This document shows, piece after piece, positions 1 through 7,944 of a DNA stretch of 64,000 nt. The notes beneath the pieces were generated by a model. The model had not been told where the DNA came from. It was given only the letters and a program-made list of their open reading frames with translations, and ran no database searches. The stretch lies in assembly GCA_965205595.1 (NCBI GenBank), contig CBDBHI010000021.1:17007-81006 (forward strand). The letters are read 5' to 3'. The first letter of the stretch is position 1; each line of letters begins with the position of its first letter. A program made the translations under genes and the position numbers. Origin of the DNA: Bryobacterales bacterium (GTDB lineage: Bacteria > Acidobacteriota > Terriglobia > Bryobacterales > UBA6623).

Positions 1-1218
1 TCTCAAGCACGGGAACTGTTCGGGCAGCTCCCAGCCCGCCAACGGGGCCGCTTGATCGAGCGCGTTGGTCTTGCGTTCCAGCAGTGCTAGGTAATGCAGC
101 GGATCGAAGATCAACTCTTCGCGTTCGTAACTGCGCCGGTGGCGCGCGATCTCTTCGCTGCCACAACAGATCACGATTTCATCGACGTAGCCTTTCAGCA
201 ACACCTGGCGATGTCCGTAGCGTGTGGGCACCGAGTAGTCGTTGGCGCGATAGCGCACCAATGACAGCGACGTCACCCGCGTGGTGCGTTTGTCGCAGGC
301 GTCATAGGGCGTGGGCGGCAAGGGCAACAACGCTTGGCGGTCACGCTTGAAACGTTCCTCAATCGTTTCGGTGTGCCGCCGCAAGCGCCGCTTACGATTG
401 TTGAGGCACTGCGCTTCGAGCTGCTCGTTGAACGCTTCCCAGCTTGGAAACCTTGGCGCCGGCACCATGAAGTTCCGCCGGGCATAACCGACCAGTCCTT
501 CCACCTTTCCCTTGTCGTTGCCTTTGCCCGGACGCCCGAAACGATCGGAGAATAAATAGTGCGACTGCAGTTCACTGAACACCCTGGTCCGCTTGCGCCT
601 GCCGTCGCCCAGAATCCTCGCCAGCGCCAAGGTCGTGTTGTCGTAGAGGATGCTGCGTGGCACGCCGCCGAAGTACCGAAACGCTGCGTTGTGCCCCTCG
701 CAAAACGCTTCCGTCGTCGCGGCCGGGAAAGCTTTTACGAAAGCGTCATCGCTAGGCGGCAGATCGACCACCAAGTAGTGCGCCTTGCGCTGTACGCCGT
801 CAATGACCACCAGAGCTTCACCGCAGTCGGCCTGGGCATCGCCCGCCGGATGCACCAGCGGCACGAACATCTCTTGCCCGCCGAGCTTCTTGTCGCGAAC
901 ATAGTCCTTGACGATCGTGTAACCGCCGGTGAAATCGTACTCGTCGCGCAAGCGGTCGAAGATGCGTTTTGCGGTGTGGCGTTGTTTCTTCGGACGTTCC
1001 TGATCGTCGATGAGGATCTGATCGACGATTCCGGTGAAGGGATCCAGCTTCGGCCTCTGCGCTGGTTGGCGCCGCCGATAGCCCGGCGGAGTGGCGTAGC
1101 GCAACATCTTGCGCACCGTCCCTCGCGCCAGGCCAAACCGTTTGGCGGCCTCGCGCTCACTGAGCCCTTCGACAAAGACACTGCGCCGTACTTGAGCGTA
1201 TAGCTCCACGCGATACAT
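1..1218 (-). CDS. istA: IS21-family transposase IstA, first 406 codons (C-terminus lies beyond the window start)
   Basis: This frame is not in the ORF track because it runs off the window. My translation from the ATG at 1218..1216 reads MYRVELYAQVRRSVFVEGLSEREAAKRFGLARGTVRKMLRYATPPGYRRRQ...HTAKRIFDRLRDEYDFTGGYTIVKDYVR...GNDKGKVEGLVGYARRNF, the classic IstA HTH plus DDE layout. The listed ORFs 559..1203(+) and 735..1181(-) are off-frame shadows. Confidence 0.85.
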   Translation of the reverse strand, partial: MYRVELYAQVRRSVFVEGLSEREAAKRFGLARGTVRKMLRYATPPGYRRRQPAQRPKLDPFTGIVDQILIDDQERPKKQRHTAKRIFDRLRDEYDFTGGYTIVKDYVRDKKLGGQEMFVPLVHPAGDAQADCGEALVVIDGVQRKAHYLVVDLPPSDDAFVKAFPAATTEAFCEGHNAAFRYFGGVPRSILYDNTTLALARILGDGRRKRTRVFSELQSHYLFSDRFGRPGKGNDKGKVEGLVGYARRNFMVPAPRFPSWEAFNEQLEAQCLNNRKRRLRRHTETIEERFKRDRQALLPLPPTPYDACDKRTTRVTSLSLVRYRANDYSVPTRYGHRQVLLKGYVDEIVICCGSEEIARHRRSYEREELIFDPLHYLALLERKTNALDQAAPLAGWELPEQFPCLR

Positions 1219-1387
1219 CCCTCTCGTGTCCCACAAACACCACAGGAATGTTCGCTGGACCACTCGGACGGTCTACTTTTACTCCGCCCAAAAGCAGCTT
1301 CGATTCGCCGCTCTATGGTCTAGTTTCGCTCCGCCGTTCTCACAAGAGCGTTGGGCGGGCGGTGTTGGAGATCTAGACATGTTAATT

Positions 1388-1431
1388 AGGGCTCCGTCCC
1401 GGATCTCCTAGGGCTCCGTCCCGGATCTCCT
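1388..1431. repeat. Perfect tandem 22-bp direct repeat (AGGGCTCCGTCCCGGATCTCCT x2) at the IS21 terminus
   Basis: Read directly: 1388-1409 and 1410-1431 are identical. Confidence 0.9.
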
Positions 1432-1685
1432 TACACTAGACCGGTGGAACTCCTTAGCGTGCAATTTTTGACAAACGGAGGAGTGACCCCTAGTTATCGC
1501 CCTAGGAGAGAGCGCTCGGCGGGAAGATCCTAGTGTTGATTGGGCGAGGGGCGGCACCTAGTAGCGACCCCGCAAGATAACGGATTTTATCTTGCCTAGA
1601 AAAGAAGAAGTGAGAGCCGCAAGGCTTCCACGAGCTCAGGCGCGGCGGGGCTGCGCCCGGACAAAAGGGGAACGGGGTTAAAGAA

Positions 1686-2471
1686 TCAAGGGGAAACTTC
1701 CCGGACGCAACGAAAACCTAAGTAGTTGGCCCCTTCGCCAGGATCGATACTGTCGCGGTACGAGCAGCGAAGGAGCCGCGGACTATTGTAGCCCCAGGAG
1801 CCGCCGCGGAAGATTTTGTATGTGCCTTTATCAGGGCCTGGCGGGTCTTCGCTGGGCGATGATTTGTAGTAGTTCTCGCCATACCAATCCGCGCACCACT
1901 CCCAGACATTGCCCGCCATGTCGTAAAGTTCGAATCCATTGGCCGCGTAGATGCCTACGGGTGCTTTCCCCTCAGTTGTATCGTATTTGGCGTTCGCGCG
2001 CGTGATCTCGTTCCCCCAAGGATACTTCCAGCCTTCCTTGCCGCCCCGCGCGGCGTACTCCCACTCCGCCTCGCTCGGCAGCCTGCCGCCGGCCCACTCG
2101 CAGTAGGCCTGGGCCTCATTCCAGTCCACGTTGACGATCAGGTGATCTTCTTTTCCCCAGCTGGGATTGCGAAATGGGGGCCCGGGCATCTTGCGGCTCG
2201 TGGCTGCAACGAACCGTTTGTAGGCTCCTACCGGCACCTCGGTGCGGCTCATCCAGAAGCCCTTCGTGATCTCTACCCGGTGCCGGGGCCTCTCGCCGTC
2301 GCGGGCGTCGGCATCTCCGGGGACAGCTCCCATCAGGAACTCGCCCGGCGGGATCCGGACATATTCGAGGCCGTCTAGTGAGTTGACCTTGATCGGTCTG
2401 CTTGAGGTCTCTTCGGGCCGCACTGGCAGCTCCGACTCGGCAAGTCGCGAGTTCTCGCCAACAGCGCTCAT
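1686..2471 (-). CDS. FGE-sulfatase (SUMF1/formylglycine-generating enzyme family) domain protein; C-terminal half of a gene split by IS630
   Basis: Motifs RVEITKGFWMSRTEV, NVDWNEAQAYCEWAGGRLPSEAEWEYAARGG, GNVWEWCADWY and RGGSWGY. The ATG at 2471 is in frame with the caspase ORF once the IS is removed (see findings). Confidence 0.8.
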   Translation of the reverse strand: MSAVGENSRLAESELPVRPEETSSRPIKVNSLDGLEYVRIPPGEFLMGAVPGDADARDGERPRHRVEITKGFWMSRTEVPVGAYKRFVAATSRKMPGPPFRNPSWGKEDHLIVNVDWNEAQAYCEWAGGRLPSEAEWEYAARGGKEGWKYPWGNEITRANAKYDTTEGKAPVGIYAANGFELYDMAGNVWEWCADWYGENYYKSSPSEDPPGPDKGTYKIFRGGSWGYNSPRLLRCSYRDSIDPGEGANYLGFRCVREVSP

Positions 2472-2494
2472 TTCTACTATTTTTCGTCGCGCTA

Positions 2495-3613
2495 GTACTT
2501 AGTTGCGTAAGTTAGAATATTTACTGGCGAGGGGACGAGGGGCGACGACGGTCTTGGTCCATTCGAACGGAGTAGCCTTGGAGTTGTAGACGCGGACGAA
2601 GCTGTCGATGGCCTCGCGCACCTGCCGGGGGGAAGTGAAACTCGCCCCCCGCAAGGCGCGGCGGCTCAGAATCGAAAACCACACCTCAACCTGATTCATC
2701 CACGAACTGTAGGTCGGCGTGTAGTGAAAATGGATGTTCGCATGACGTTGCAGCCAGCGGTCATTTTTGGGCTTGTGAGTGTTCAAGTTATCCAAGATGA
2801 TGTGGATCTCGCGGCCTTCGTGGATGGCCGCGATGTGGTTCATGAAGTCGAGAAACTCGCGACGCCGTCGGCGCCAATAGTGTCCGGCGATGATGAATCC
2901 GGTAGCCACTTCCAGCGCGGCGAAAAGCGGCGTCGTGCCGTGCCGCCTGTAGCCGTGCGAGAAGCCCGTCAAGGCCTTGCCGTTGGGCAAGCGTAGCCAG
3001 CCCTGCGCTCGCTCCAAGGCCTGGATGCTCGGCTTCTCGTCGACCGCGAGCACCACGGCGTTTTCCGGCGGGCTGAGGTAGAGTCCGACAATGTCGGCGG
3101 CCTTGCGAGCGAACTCCGGGTCGGTTGACAAACACCAACTGCGCCGCCGCCGCAAGGACACGCCGAGCTGCCGCAGTACGCGCCAGACTTGATGCTTGCT
3201 GACGTCGCCGAGAGCTTCCGCGAGCAGTTCGCCTGTCCAAGTGGCGTGCCCTTCGGGCGGAGCTTCGTCGAGTTGGCAGAGGATGCGTTTGCGCGTCGCT
3301 TGGTCGTACCGCGCGGGCCTGCCGGAACGCGCTTGATCGCATAATCCCGCCAGACGTTGCTGGGCGAAGCGGGTGCGCCATTTCGACACGCGCGCCGCCG
3401 GGGATCCCAGTTGCCGGGCGATCTCGGCGGTCGAGGTAGCGGCGGCCGCCAGCAGCACAATGCGAGCGCGCTCCACCATGCGCCGTTCGGACTTGTGGCC
3501 GCGCACCCAGAGTCGCAGCGTCTCTTCTTCCTCGGCGTTCAGTCGAATCACCGTTGCCGGTCTTGCCATACCGACATTTTACAGTTAAAGGCCTTACTTT
3601 CGCAAGTTAGTAC
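2495..3613 (-). mobile_element. IS630-family insertion sequence (1119 bp) flanked by a TA duplication (2493-2494 and 3614-3615)
   Basis: Imperfect terminal inverted repeats: GTACTTAGTTGCGTAAGTTAG (2495-) versus the reverse complement of the right end, GTACTAACTTGCGAAAGTAAG (17/21 match). There is one 356-aa DDE transposase. The TA flanks are typical of IS630/Tc1-mariner elements. Confidence 0.85.
2499..3569 (-). CDS. IS630-family DDE transposase
   Basis: 356 aa. N-terminal HTH region (AEIARQLGSPAARVSKWRTRF). DDE_3-type core (VLAVDEKPSIQALER, ILDNLNTHK, YTPTYSSWMNQVEVWFS). Confidence 0.9.
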   Translation of the reverse strand: MARPATVIRLNAEEEETLRLWVRGHKSERRMVERARIVLLAAAATSTAEIARQLGSPAARVSKWRTRFAQQRLAGLCDQARSGRPARYDQATRKRILCQLDEAPPEGHATWTGELLAEALGDVSKHQVWRVLRQLGVSLRRRRSWCLSTDPEFARKAADIVGLYLSPPENAVVLAVDEKPSIQALERAQGWLRLPNGKALTGFSHGYRRHGTTPLFAALEVATGFIIAGHYWRRRRREFLDFMNHIAAIHEGREIHIILDNLNTHKPKNDRWLQRHANIHFHYTPTYSSWMNQVEVWFSILSRRALRGASFTSPRQVREAIDSFVRVYNSKATPFEWTKTVVAPRPLASKYSNLRN

Positions 3614-4576
3614 TAGTTCTGTGAACTGGCCTTCCGGGTAGCGACGCAAATAGTCCTCGAACGGACCTGGCTCCTCGCTCTCGTCTATGGAGTTCCAATA
3701 CGCAAGCTCAACTTGAAGAGCCACATCTCCGCTAGGCTGCGTCGGGGCGAACGTAGCGTCTTCGATCACGACCTTAAAGTAGAAGTTGCCGACGATGCTC
3801 GAACTCGTCCATGGGACTTGCGCACCCGCAGTCTGATCAATTACTAGCTGCCGCACGCGCCTGAACACCTGCTCAAGTTCCAACCCCTTCGCGCTCAAGG
3901 CTTCAAGCATCGCGCCAGTGAAGGTCCCGTTGCGCCCTTCGGGATTGTCGTCGGCGGTCTTGCCAGGTGCGGTTGCGAAGGCCAAAAAACTTCCTTGGGC
4001 CGCGTGCATTGCAGCCAAGCCCGATCCGCCTCCCCGAAAAGACCGAAAACCGTTGTTGCGGCAGGCGTCCAGCGTCACGATGTTTAGCGCCGCCTTAGAC
4101 GCAGCCATCCTGTCGTGAATCTCTGACACCGAATAGGCGTCATACTTCGCGGCAATCTCGTCCGTCAGCTCAAAGTCGACTGGAATCAGGTAGTTCTCGC
4201 CATCCATCTGCAATCCGTGGCCGGAGAAGTGGAACAGCGCTACATCGCCGGAGCCCAGCGATCCAGCGAAGCGCCGGATGGCCCGCTCCATCGACTGGCG
4301 GTCGGCGTCAGTGACCACTTCCACTTGGAACCCCGATTCGCGAAGCGCCGCCCCAAGGTCGTTGGCGTCGTTGACGGCGCTCTGCAAGGCCGGAGCCTTG
4401 GCATACGCATCGTTGCCGACGATGAGGGCCTTTCTGGCGGCCCCCGCGTGAATCAAGTCACGGGTTTGAGCTCCCGCGGCCGCCGGGACGAACAAGCCAA
4501 GGACAATCGCGCAGCAGGCGCAGGAGATTCGACTGGCCGCGCTGTATGGCACCGAAGGTCGATCGCGCAGACCCAT
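3548..4576 (-). CDS. Caspase (peptidase C14) domain protein; N-terminal half of the gene split by IS630
   Basis: Signal/TM segment, then the His site ALFHFSGHG and Cys site LDACRNNG of the caspase fold, then the YLRRYPEGQF motif. The last 21 codons (VLTCESKAFNCKMSVWQDRQR) are read-through into the IS630 end. Confidence 0.8.
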   Translation of the reverse strand: MGLRDRPSVPYSAASRISCACCAIVLGLFVPAAAGAQTRDLIHAGAARKALIVGNDAYAKAPALQSAVNDANDLGAALRESGFQVEVVTDADRQSMERAIRRFAGSLGSGDVALFHFSGHGLQMDGENYLIPVDFELTDEIAAKYDAYSVSEIHDRMAASKAALNIVTLDACRNNGFRSFRGGGSGLAAMHAAQGSFLAFATAPGKTADDNPEGRNGTFTGAMLEALSAKGLELEQVFRRVRQLVIDQTAGAQVPWTSSSIVGNFYFKVVIEDATFAPTQPSGDVALQVELAYWNSIDESEEPGPFEDYLRRYPEGQFTELVLTCESKAFNCKMSVWQDRQR

Positions 4577-4651
4577 GGCCTAAAGTATAGTCCATCCGCC
4601 CAGCCAAATTTGCGGCGCGGCAGGACAAGGAACCCAAAGCGGTAAGGCATC

Positions 4652-4674
4652 AAAAAACCGCCCCGGAAGGGCGG
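4652..4674 (-). terminator. Rho-independent terminator downstream of 4806..5264
   Basis: On the minus strand, the stem CCGCCC/GGGCGG (4658-4663 / 4669-4674) is followed by TTTTTT (plus-strand AAAAAA at 4652-4657). Confidence 0.6.
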
Positions 4675-4683
4675 CTCTGAAAA

Positions 4684-4709
4684 CTGGACAGAATAACTGT
4701 TCTGTCCAG
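4684..4709. other. Perfect 10-bp-stem hairpin (CTGGACAGAA-TAACTG-TTCTGTCCAG) next to the terminator
   Basis: Read directly: 4684-4693 is the reverse complement of 4700-4709. Confidence 0.6.
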
Positions 4710-4805
4710 AATGGTAAAGGAGTCCTCCAATGTTTTCAAGGAGTTGTTGGGGATAACTGGAGGGCGGTTTGAGACTGTAATGTCCAGTTTCAGCGATCGG
4801 TCCCG

Positions 4806-5264
4806 CTATTTCTTCGGCGGGTCGTGTGGGAGGTCGTCGAAGCGGGGATCGTCATACATCCACTCGCCTGGTAGCACGGGGTTCTTTTTGTAATCGTATC
4901 CGATCGTTTTGTCTGGGTCGACTTCCGTCAGCTCAAAGCCTAAGGGACCTAGGGCGCGGTTGACGCGATCGCGGACGGCGAGATGCAAGTCCTCTTGAGA
5001 CTTGCCGTGTGTCATGGGACCGGGAACTCCGAGGTTATCGGTACGGTTGTTTAGCTGTCCGGCGGCGCTCATCAGCGCGCGTATCTCATCACGGTAGGGA
5101 AACGAAGCCGGACCGTCCTTAAGTAGGTCGTCGGCTTGAAAGAGCAGCTCGCGGAGCTGACGTTTGCGATCGCCGGTCTCGCGGTCCCACTCTTGAGTGG
5201 ATTTGCGGAAGGCTTCATCTGAATAAGGTTGCCCCATAGGATTGGGGGTTTCGCCTTTTGGCAT
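4806..5264 (-). CDS. Hypothetical protein (152 aa, charged, no recognisable motif)
   Basis: Clean ORF followed by a terminator. No family recognised. Confidence 0.5.
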   Translation of the reverse strand: MPKGETPNPMGQPYSDEAFRKSTQEWDRETGDRKRQLRELLFQADDLLKDGPASFPYRDEIRALMSAAGQLNNRTDNLGVPGPMTHGKSQEDLHLAVRDRVNRALGPLGFELTEVDPDKTIGYDYKKNPVLPGEWMYDDPRFDDLPHDPPKK

Positions 5265-5461
5265 AGATGTTGGAGTTAATGATTAGGGGTGCCCGTAGTA
5301 GCGGCAGGGGCCGCACGGGGACGGAGCCCTTAACAACTACAGCAACATCAACTAAATCAGCGCGTTAGCTTGCTACGACCGACTTTCAGGTACGAGCACG
5401 GTATTTCACATTGACGATACGCGACAATAGACCCAGCGCAATTGCAGCCTCGGAAACAAAG

Positions 5462-5908
5462 ATGACCTGTAGCAATAAGGTGGAACATTCACGTCGATCG
5501 TTTCTTGGACTGTCAGCCGCTACGTTAGCCATCTCGGCGAGCCCGTCAACCGCCCAGCAGAGCCCGCCCATGAAGCGGCCTAACATCCTATTCTGTATCT
5601 CCGACGACCAGTCCTGGCTACATACCAGCGCGTCCGGAGATGCCGTTATCAAGACCCCGGCGTTCGACCGCGTTTCCGCAAACGGCGCCCTCTTTAAAAA
5701 CGCATTTTGTGACGCGCCTACCTGCGGCCCTTCCCGCAGCGCCATCCTAACCGGTCAACCGATCTGGCGCTTGGAAGAAGCCGGGAATATCCATTCCACG
5801 CTTCCCAAAAAGTTCGCGACCTACGCCGGCCTACTCGAGGAGGCCGGTTACGCGATCGGCCATATGAGCAAGGGCTGGGCCCCAGGGCGCTTGGAACCCG
5901 GCGGTCGC
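5462..5908 (+). pseudogene. Sulfatase (S1 family), N-terminal fragment, interrupted by the rve-type IS
   Basis: Tat signal SRRSFLGLSAATL, PNILFCISDDQ, and the FGly site CDAPTCGPSRSAILTG. The frame leaves sulfatase-like sequence at 5909, where the IS end begins. Confidence 0.8.
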
Positions 5909-7521
5909 CGTCCTCTTTTCCAATCGAAAGATGAGCCTGCAGGAGGCAGGCGAAGGTAGCTGTGGGCAGGAGGGATTATAGCTCGGATTGGGGCTTGAGG
6001 TTGAAGCCCGTTGTGGGGCCCGTAGGGCGGGGTGAGGGGGATTGCATAAGGGGGAAGGGGCGGCAGCCCCAGTCCCCCTTTGCAGCCATCCCAGGCGAGA
6101 CCCCACGGCCGTCTTCGGACGTGGGCCGGAGGAGCCGACAACGCCTCGGGTCGGGGCGTTGTCTAGCGCGTGCGCCAGCAGATCGCGAGGTCTTTGCAGA
6201 CGCGTTGCAGTTCGTTGCGCTGAGCGTCGAGTTGCTCGGCAAACTCGGTGTCGGAACAAGTGTCCGCTCGCGCTTGGAGCTTCTTGAGCGAGCGATCCGC
6301 GCGCAGGCCGCGCTGCTCGGCGGGCAGGCTGAGCAGCTTTTCCCACGGCGTGCTCCACTCGGCGTACACCTTGCGCAACTTGCCGCGGCGGTCTCGGCGC
6401 TCGCTGGCGAAAGCGCATGGGCGATGAAAATTCAAGTACGGGTTGAGCCACTGGCGGTAGAAGGTGTCGATCGCCTGCGTCGCTTCCGAGGGCAAAAACT
6501 GGTAGCCCATCCACTTGCGCACCACCGCGCCGTTCTTGGTTTCGACCAAGGCATTGTCGTTCGAACGGCGCGCGCGAGACTTCGTAAATTCAATTCGCAA
6601 CTTCTCGAGCAGTTTAGCGGTTTGATGGTTGACGAATTCGCTGCCATTGTCGGAGTGAAAGCCGCGAACGATAAATGGAAATTGTTCCAAAAGGCCTTCC
6701 AGCAAGGGAATGAGGTGATTTTCGTTGATGCGTTGGACACAGCCGACGGCCTGCCACTGCGTCACTTCGTCGACCACGTTGATGCTGTAGGCGCCTTTTT
6801 CGCCTTCCTGTTCGGGCGAGTGCACGGTGTCGATGCGCAGGTAGCCCGGACGTCCTCGCGGCTCGGGTTGGCGGCGTTCGCCGATCGCCACGGGCGTGGG
6901 ACGGGTCTTGTCGAGATGCAAACTGTGACGTTGGTAGACGGCTCTTTTTCGCAAGTTGTACAGCTGGCCCACGGACAATTCGGCCAGGCGTCGAAACTCT
7001 TTGCGGCCGTAGATCTGGAACTCGCGTTGGAGAATGCGGCGGGTGGCCGGCCCCGAGAGGCGCTGATGAACTCGATCGACGTGCGCCAGTAAGACGCTGT
7101 CGGCGCGTGTGTACTTGCTGGGAAAACGGCGCCGCCGATAGGCCCTCGGACGGACGCAACGCGTGTGCAAGAACTGTCCGATCAGGCGGGTGAGTTGCGC
7201 GCGGCTTAAGCCCGTGAGCTTAGCGAGATAACGCCGCAGGAGACCCTTGACGGAGCGCTTCTGGTCGGCATAGTGATGCCGCTTCAAGACGCTTTCGACG
7301 AGCGCATATTTGTCGCTTCGATTGCCGCCCTCGAAGGCGACGGATTGGCACCCGTCGAGAAAACACTCGATCTGCTCCAGACTCAGCGATTCGGCTTGCT
7401 GCACGGCGACTCCCATCGCCCGCAGCTGCTCTGTTCCTGACCACCCAACGGATCCCCGTCAGGCTCATCTTGTATTGGAATCGCCCTCCCCTTCAGGCTC
7501 ATCTTGTATTGGACAAGACGA
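5909..7521 (-). mobile_element. rve-type (DDE integrase-core) insertion sequence, copy A (~1.6 kb); IS family not assigned
   Basis: Terminal IRs: CGTCTTGTCCAATACAAGATGAGCCTG at the transposase-proximal end, and CCTCTTTTCCAATCGAAAGATGAGCCTG (reverse complement) at the distal end. The proximal end carries the 20-mer CAGGCTCATCTTGTATTGGA twice (7460-7479 and 7494-7513). A 7-bp direct repeat CGGTCGC lies at 5902-5908 and 7522-7528. Confidence 0.75.
6163..7416 (-). CDS. DDE transposase with integrase core (rve) domain, IS copy A
   Basis: 417 aa with GYLRIDTVH, FHSDNGSEFVN and NDNALVETKNG (D, D, E region). It is a paralogue of 49832..51085. Confidence 0.85.
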   Translation of the reverse strand: MGVAVQQAESLSLEQIECFLDGCQSVAFEGGNRSDKYALVESVLKRHHYADQKRSVKGLLRRYLAKLTGLSRAQLTRLIGQFLHTRCVRPRAYRRRRFPSKYTRADSVLLAHVDRVHQRLSGPATRRILQREFQIYGRKEFRRLAELSVGQLYNLRKRAVYQRHSLHLDKTRPTPVAIGERRQPEPRGRPGYLRIDTVHSPEQEGEKGAYSINVVDEVTQWQAVGCVQRINENHLIPLLEGLLEQFPFIVRGFHSDNGSEFVNHQTAKLLEKLRIEFTKSRARRSNDNALVETKNGAVVRKWMGYQFLPSEATQAIDTFYRQWLNPYLNFHRPCAFASERRDRRGKLRKVYAEWSTPWEKLLSLPAEQRGLRADRSLKKLQARADTCSDTEFAEQLDAQRNELQRVCKDLAICWRTR

Positions 7522-7528
7522 CGGTCGC

Positions 7529-7603
7529 AATCCGACGGGTGACAACTTCGAAAACTTCGAGGCCTTCATGGGGCAGAAGGACGAAGACCAGCCGTTCTGC
7601 TTC
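7529..7603 (+). pseudogene. Sulfatase pseudogene, 25-codon continuation after the IS
   Basis: Reads NPTGDNFENFEAFMGQKDEDQPFCF, in frame with ...GRLEPGGR at 5908 once 5909-7528 is removed. Sulfatase-like sequence stops at 7603, where the hairpin-repeat cluster begins. Confidence 0.65.
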
Positions 7604-7837
7604 AGGAGATCGGGGACAGGAAGCTGTGAAATAATCCCGATTCCGCGCATATGGTCCGCCATAAGTTCTTTGGAATCAACAGACGTGTTCTGGTGAAATC
7701 GATTTTTTCACACCTTCCAGAGGAGATCGGGGACAGGAAGGTGTGAAAAAATAGCCTTGTTCAAATCTTAAACACTGATTATAAATGACTTGGATGGTCC
7801 GAATCGACCAGATTCTGAATTCTTTCACACCTTCCAG
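7604..7837. repeat. Cluster of a 51-nt hairpin-forming repeat (one full copy, two half copies) separated by two unrelated 66-nt spacers
   Basis: Full copy at 7702-7752: ATTTTTTCACACCTTCC-AGAGGAGATCGGGGACA-GGAAGGTGTGAAAAAAT. Right half at 7604-7635. Left half at 7819-7837. Both spacers (7636-7701 and 7753-7818) are 66 nt and show about 10/66 identity. Confidence 0.8.
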
Positions 7838-7944
7838 GGGTAAATCACTAAACAAGCCGGCATTGAATGTCAGGATCGGACGGCTGAGCAAGCTCCAAGT
7901 CCGTGAAATGACGGGCCTACACGTTTTCTGCGCGGGACAACCCC

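Larger units (their letters stand above)
1..1435 (-). mobile_element. IS21-family insertion sequence, left terminus plus istA (partial; continues past the window start)
   Basis: istA plus its upstream terminus. In IS orientation the end reads TGTAAGGAGATCCGGGACGGAGCCCT, followed directly by a second copy of the 22-mer. Multiple terminal repeats are typical of IS21 ends. The outer boundary at 1435 is inferred from the TGT start. Confidence 0.65.

Noticed and set aside
559-1203. Listed ORFs 559..1203(+) and 735..1181(-).
   Set aside because: Both overlap the open-ended minus-strand frame that translates into a textbook IS21 IstA. They are off-frame artefacts.
5962-7092. Long antisense ORFs inside both IS copies: 5962..7092(+) of 376 aa, and 50039..51259(-) of 406 aa.
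   Set aside because: They lie exactly opposite the well-supported rve transposase genes. They are Arg/Ala/Gly-rich with no motifs, and they change wherever the transposase changes. This is typical GC-rich antisense shadow.
7604-7837. Calling the hairpin-repeat cluster a CRISPR array.
   Set aside because: There is only one full and two half repeats. The repeat is a near-perfect 15-17-bp palindrome, unlike typical CRISPR repeats, and no cas genes or leader are visible. I kept it as an unexplained repeat rather than a CRISPR feature.
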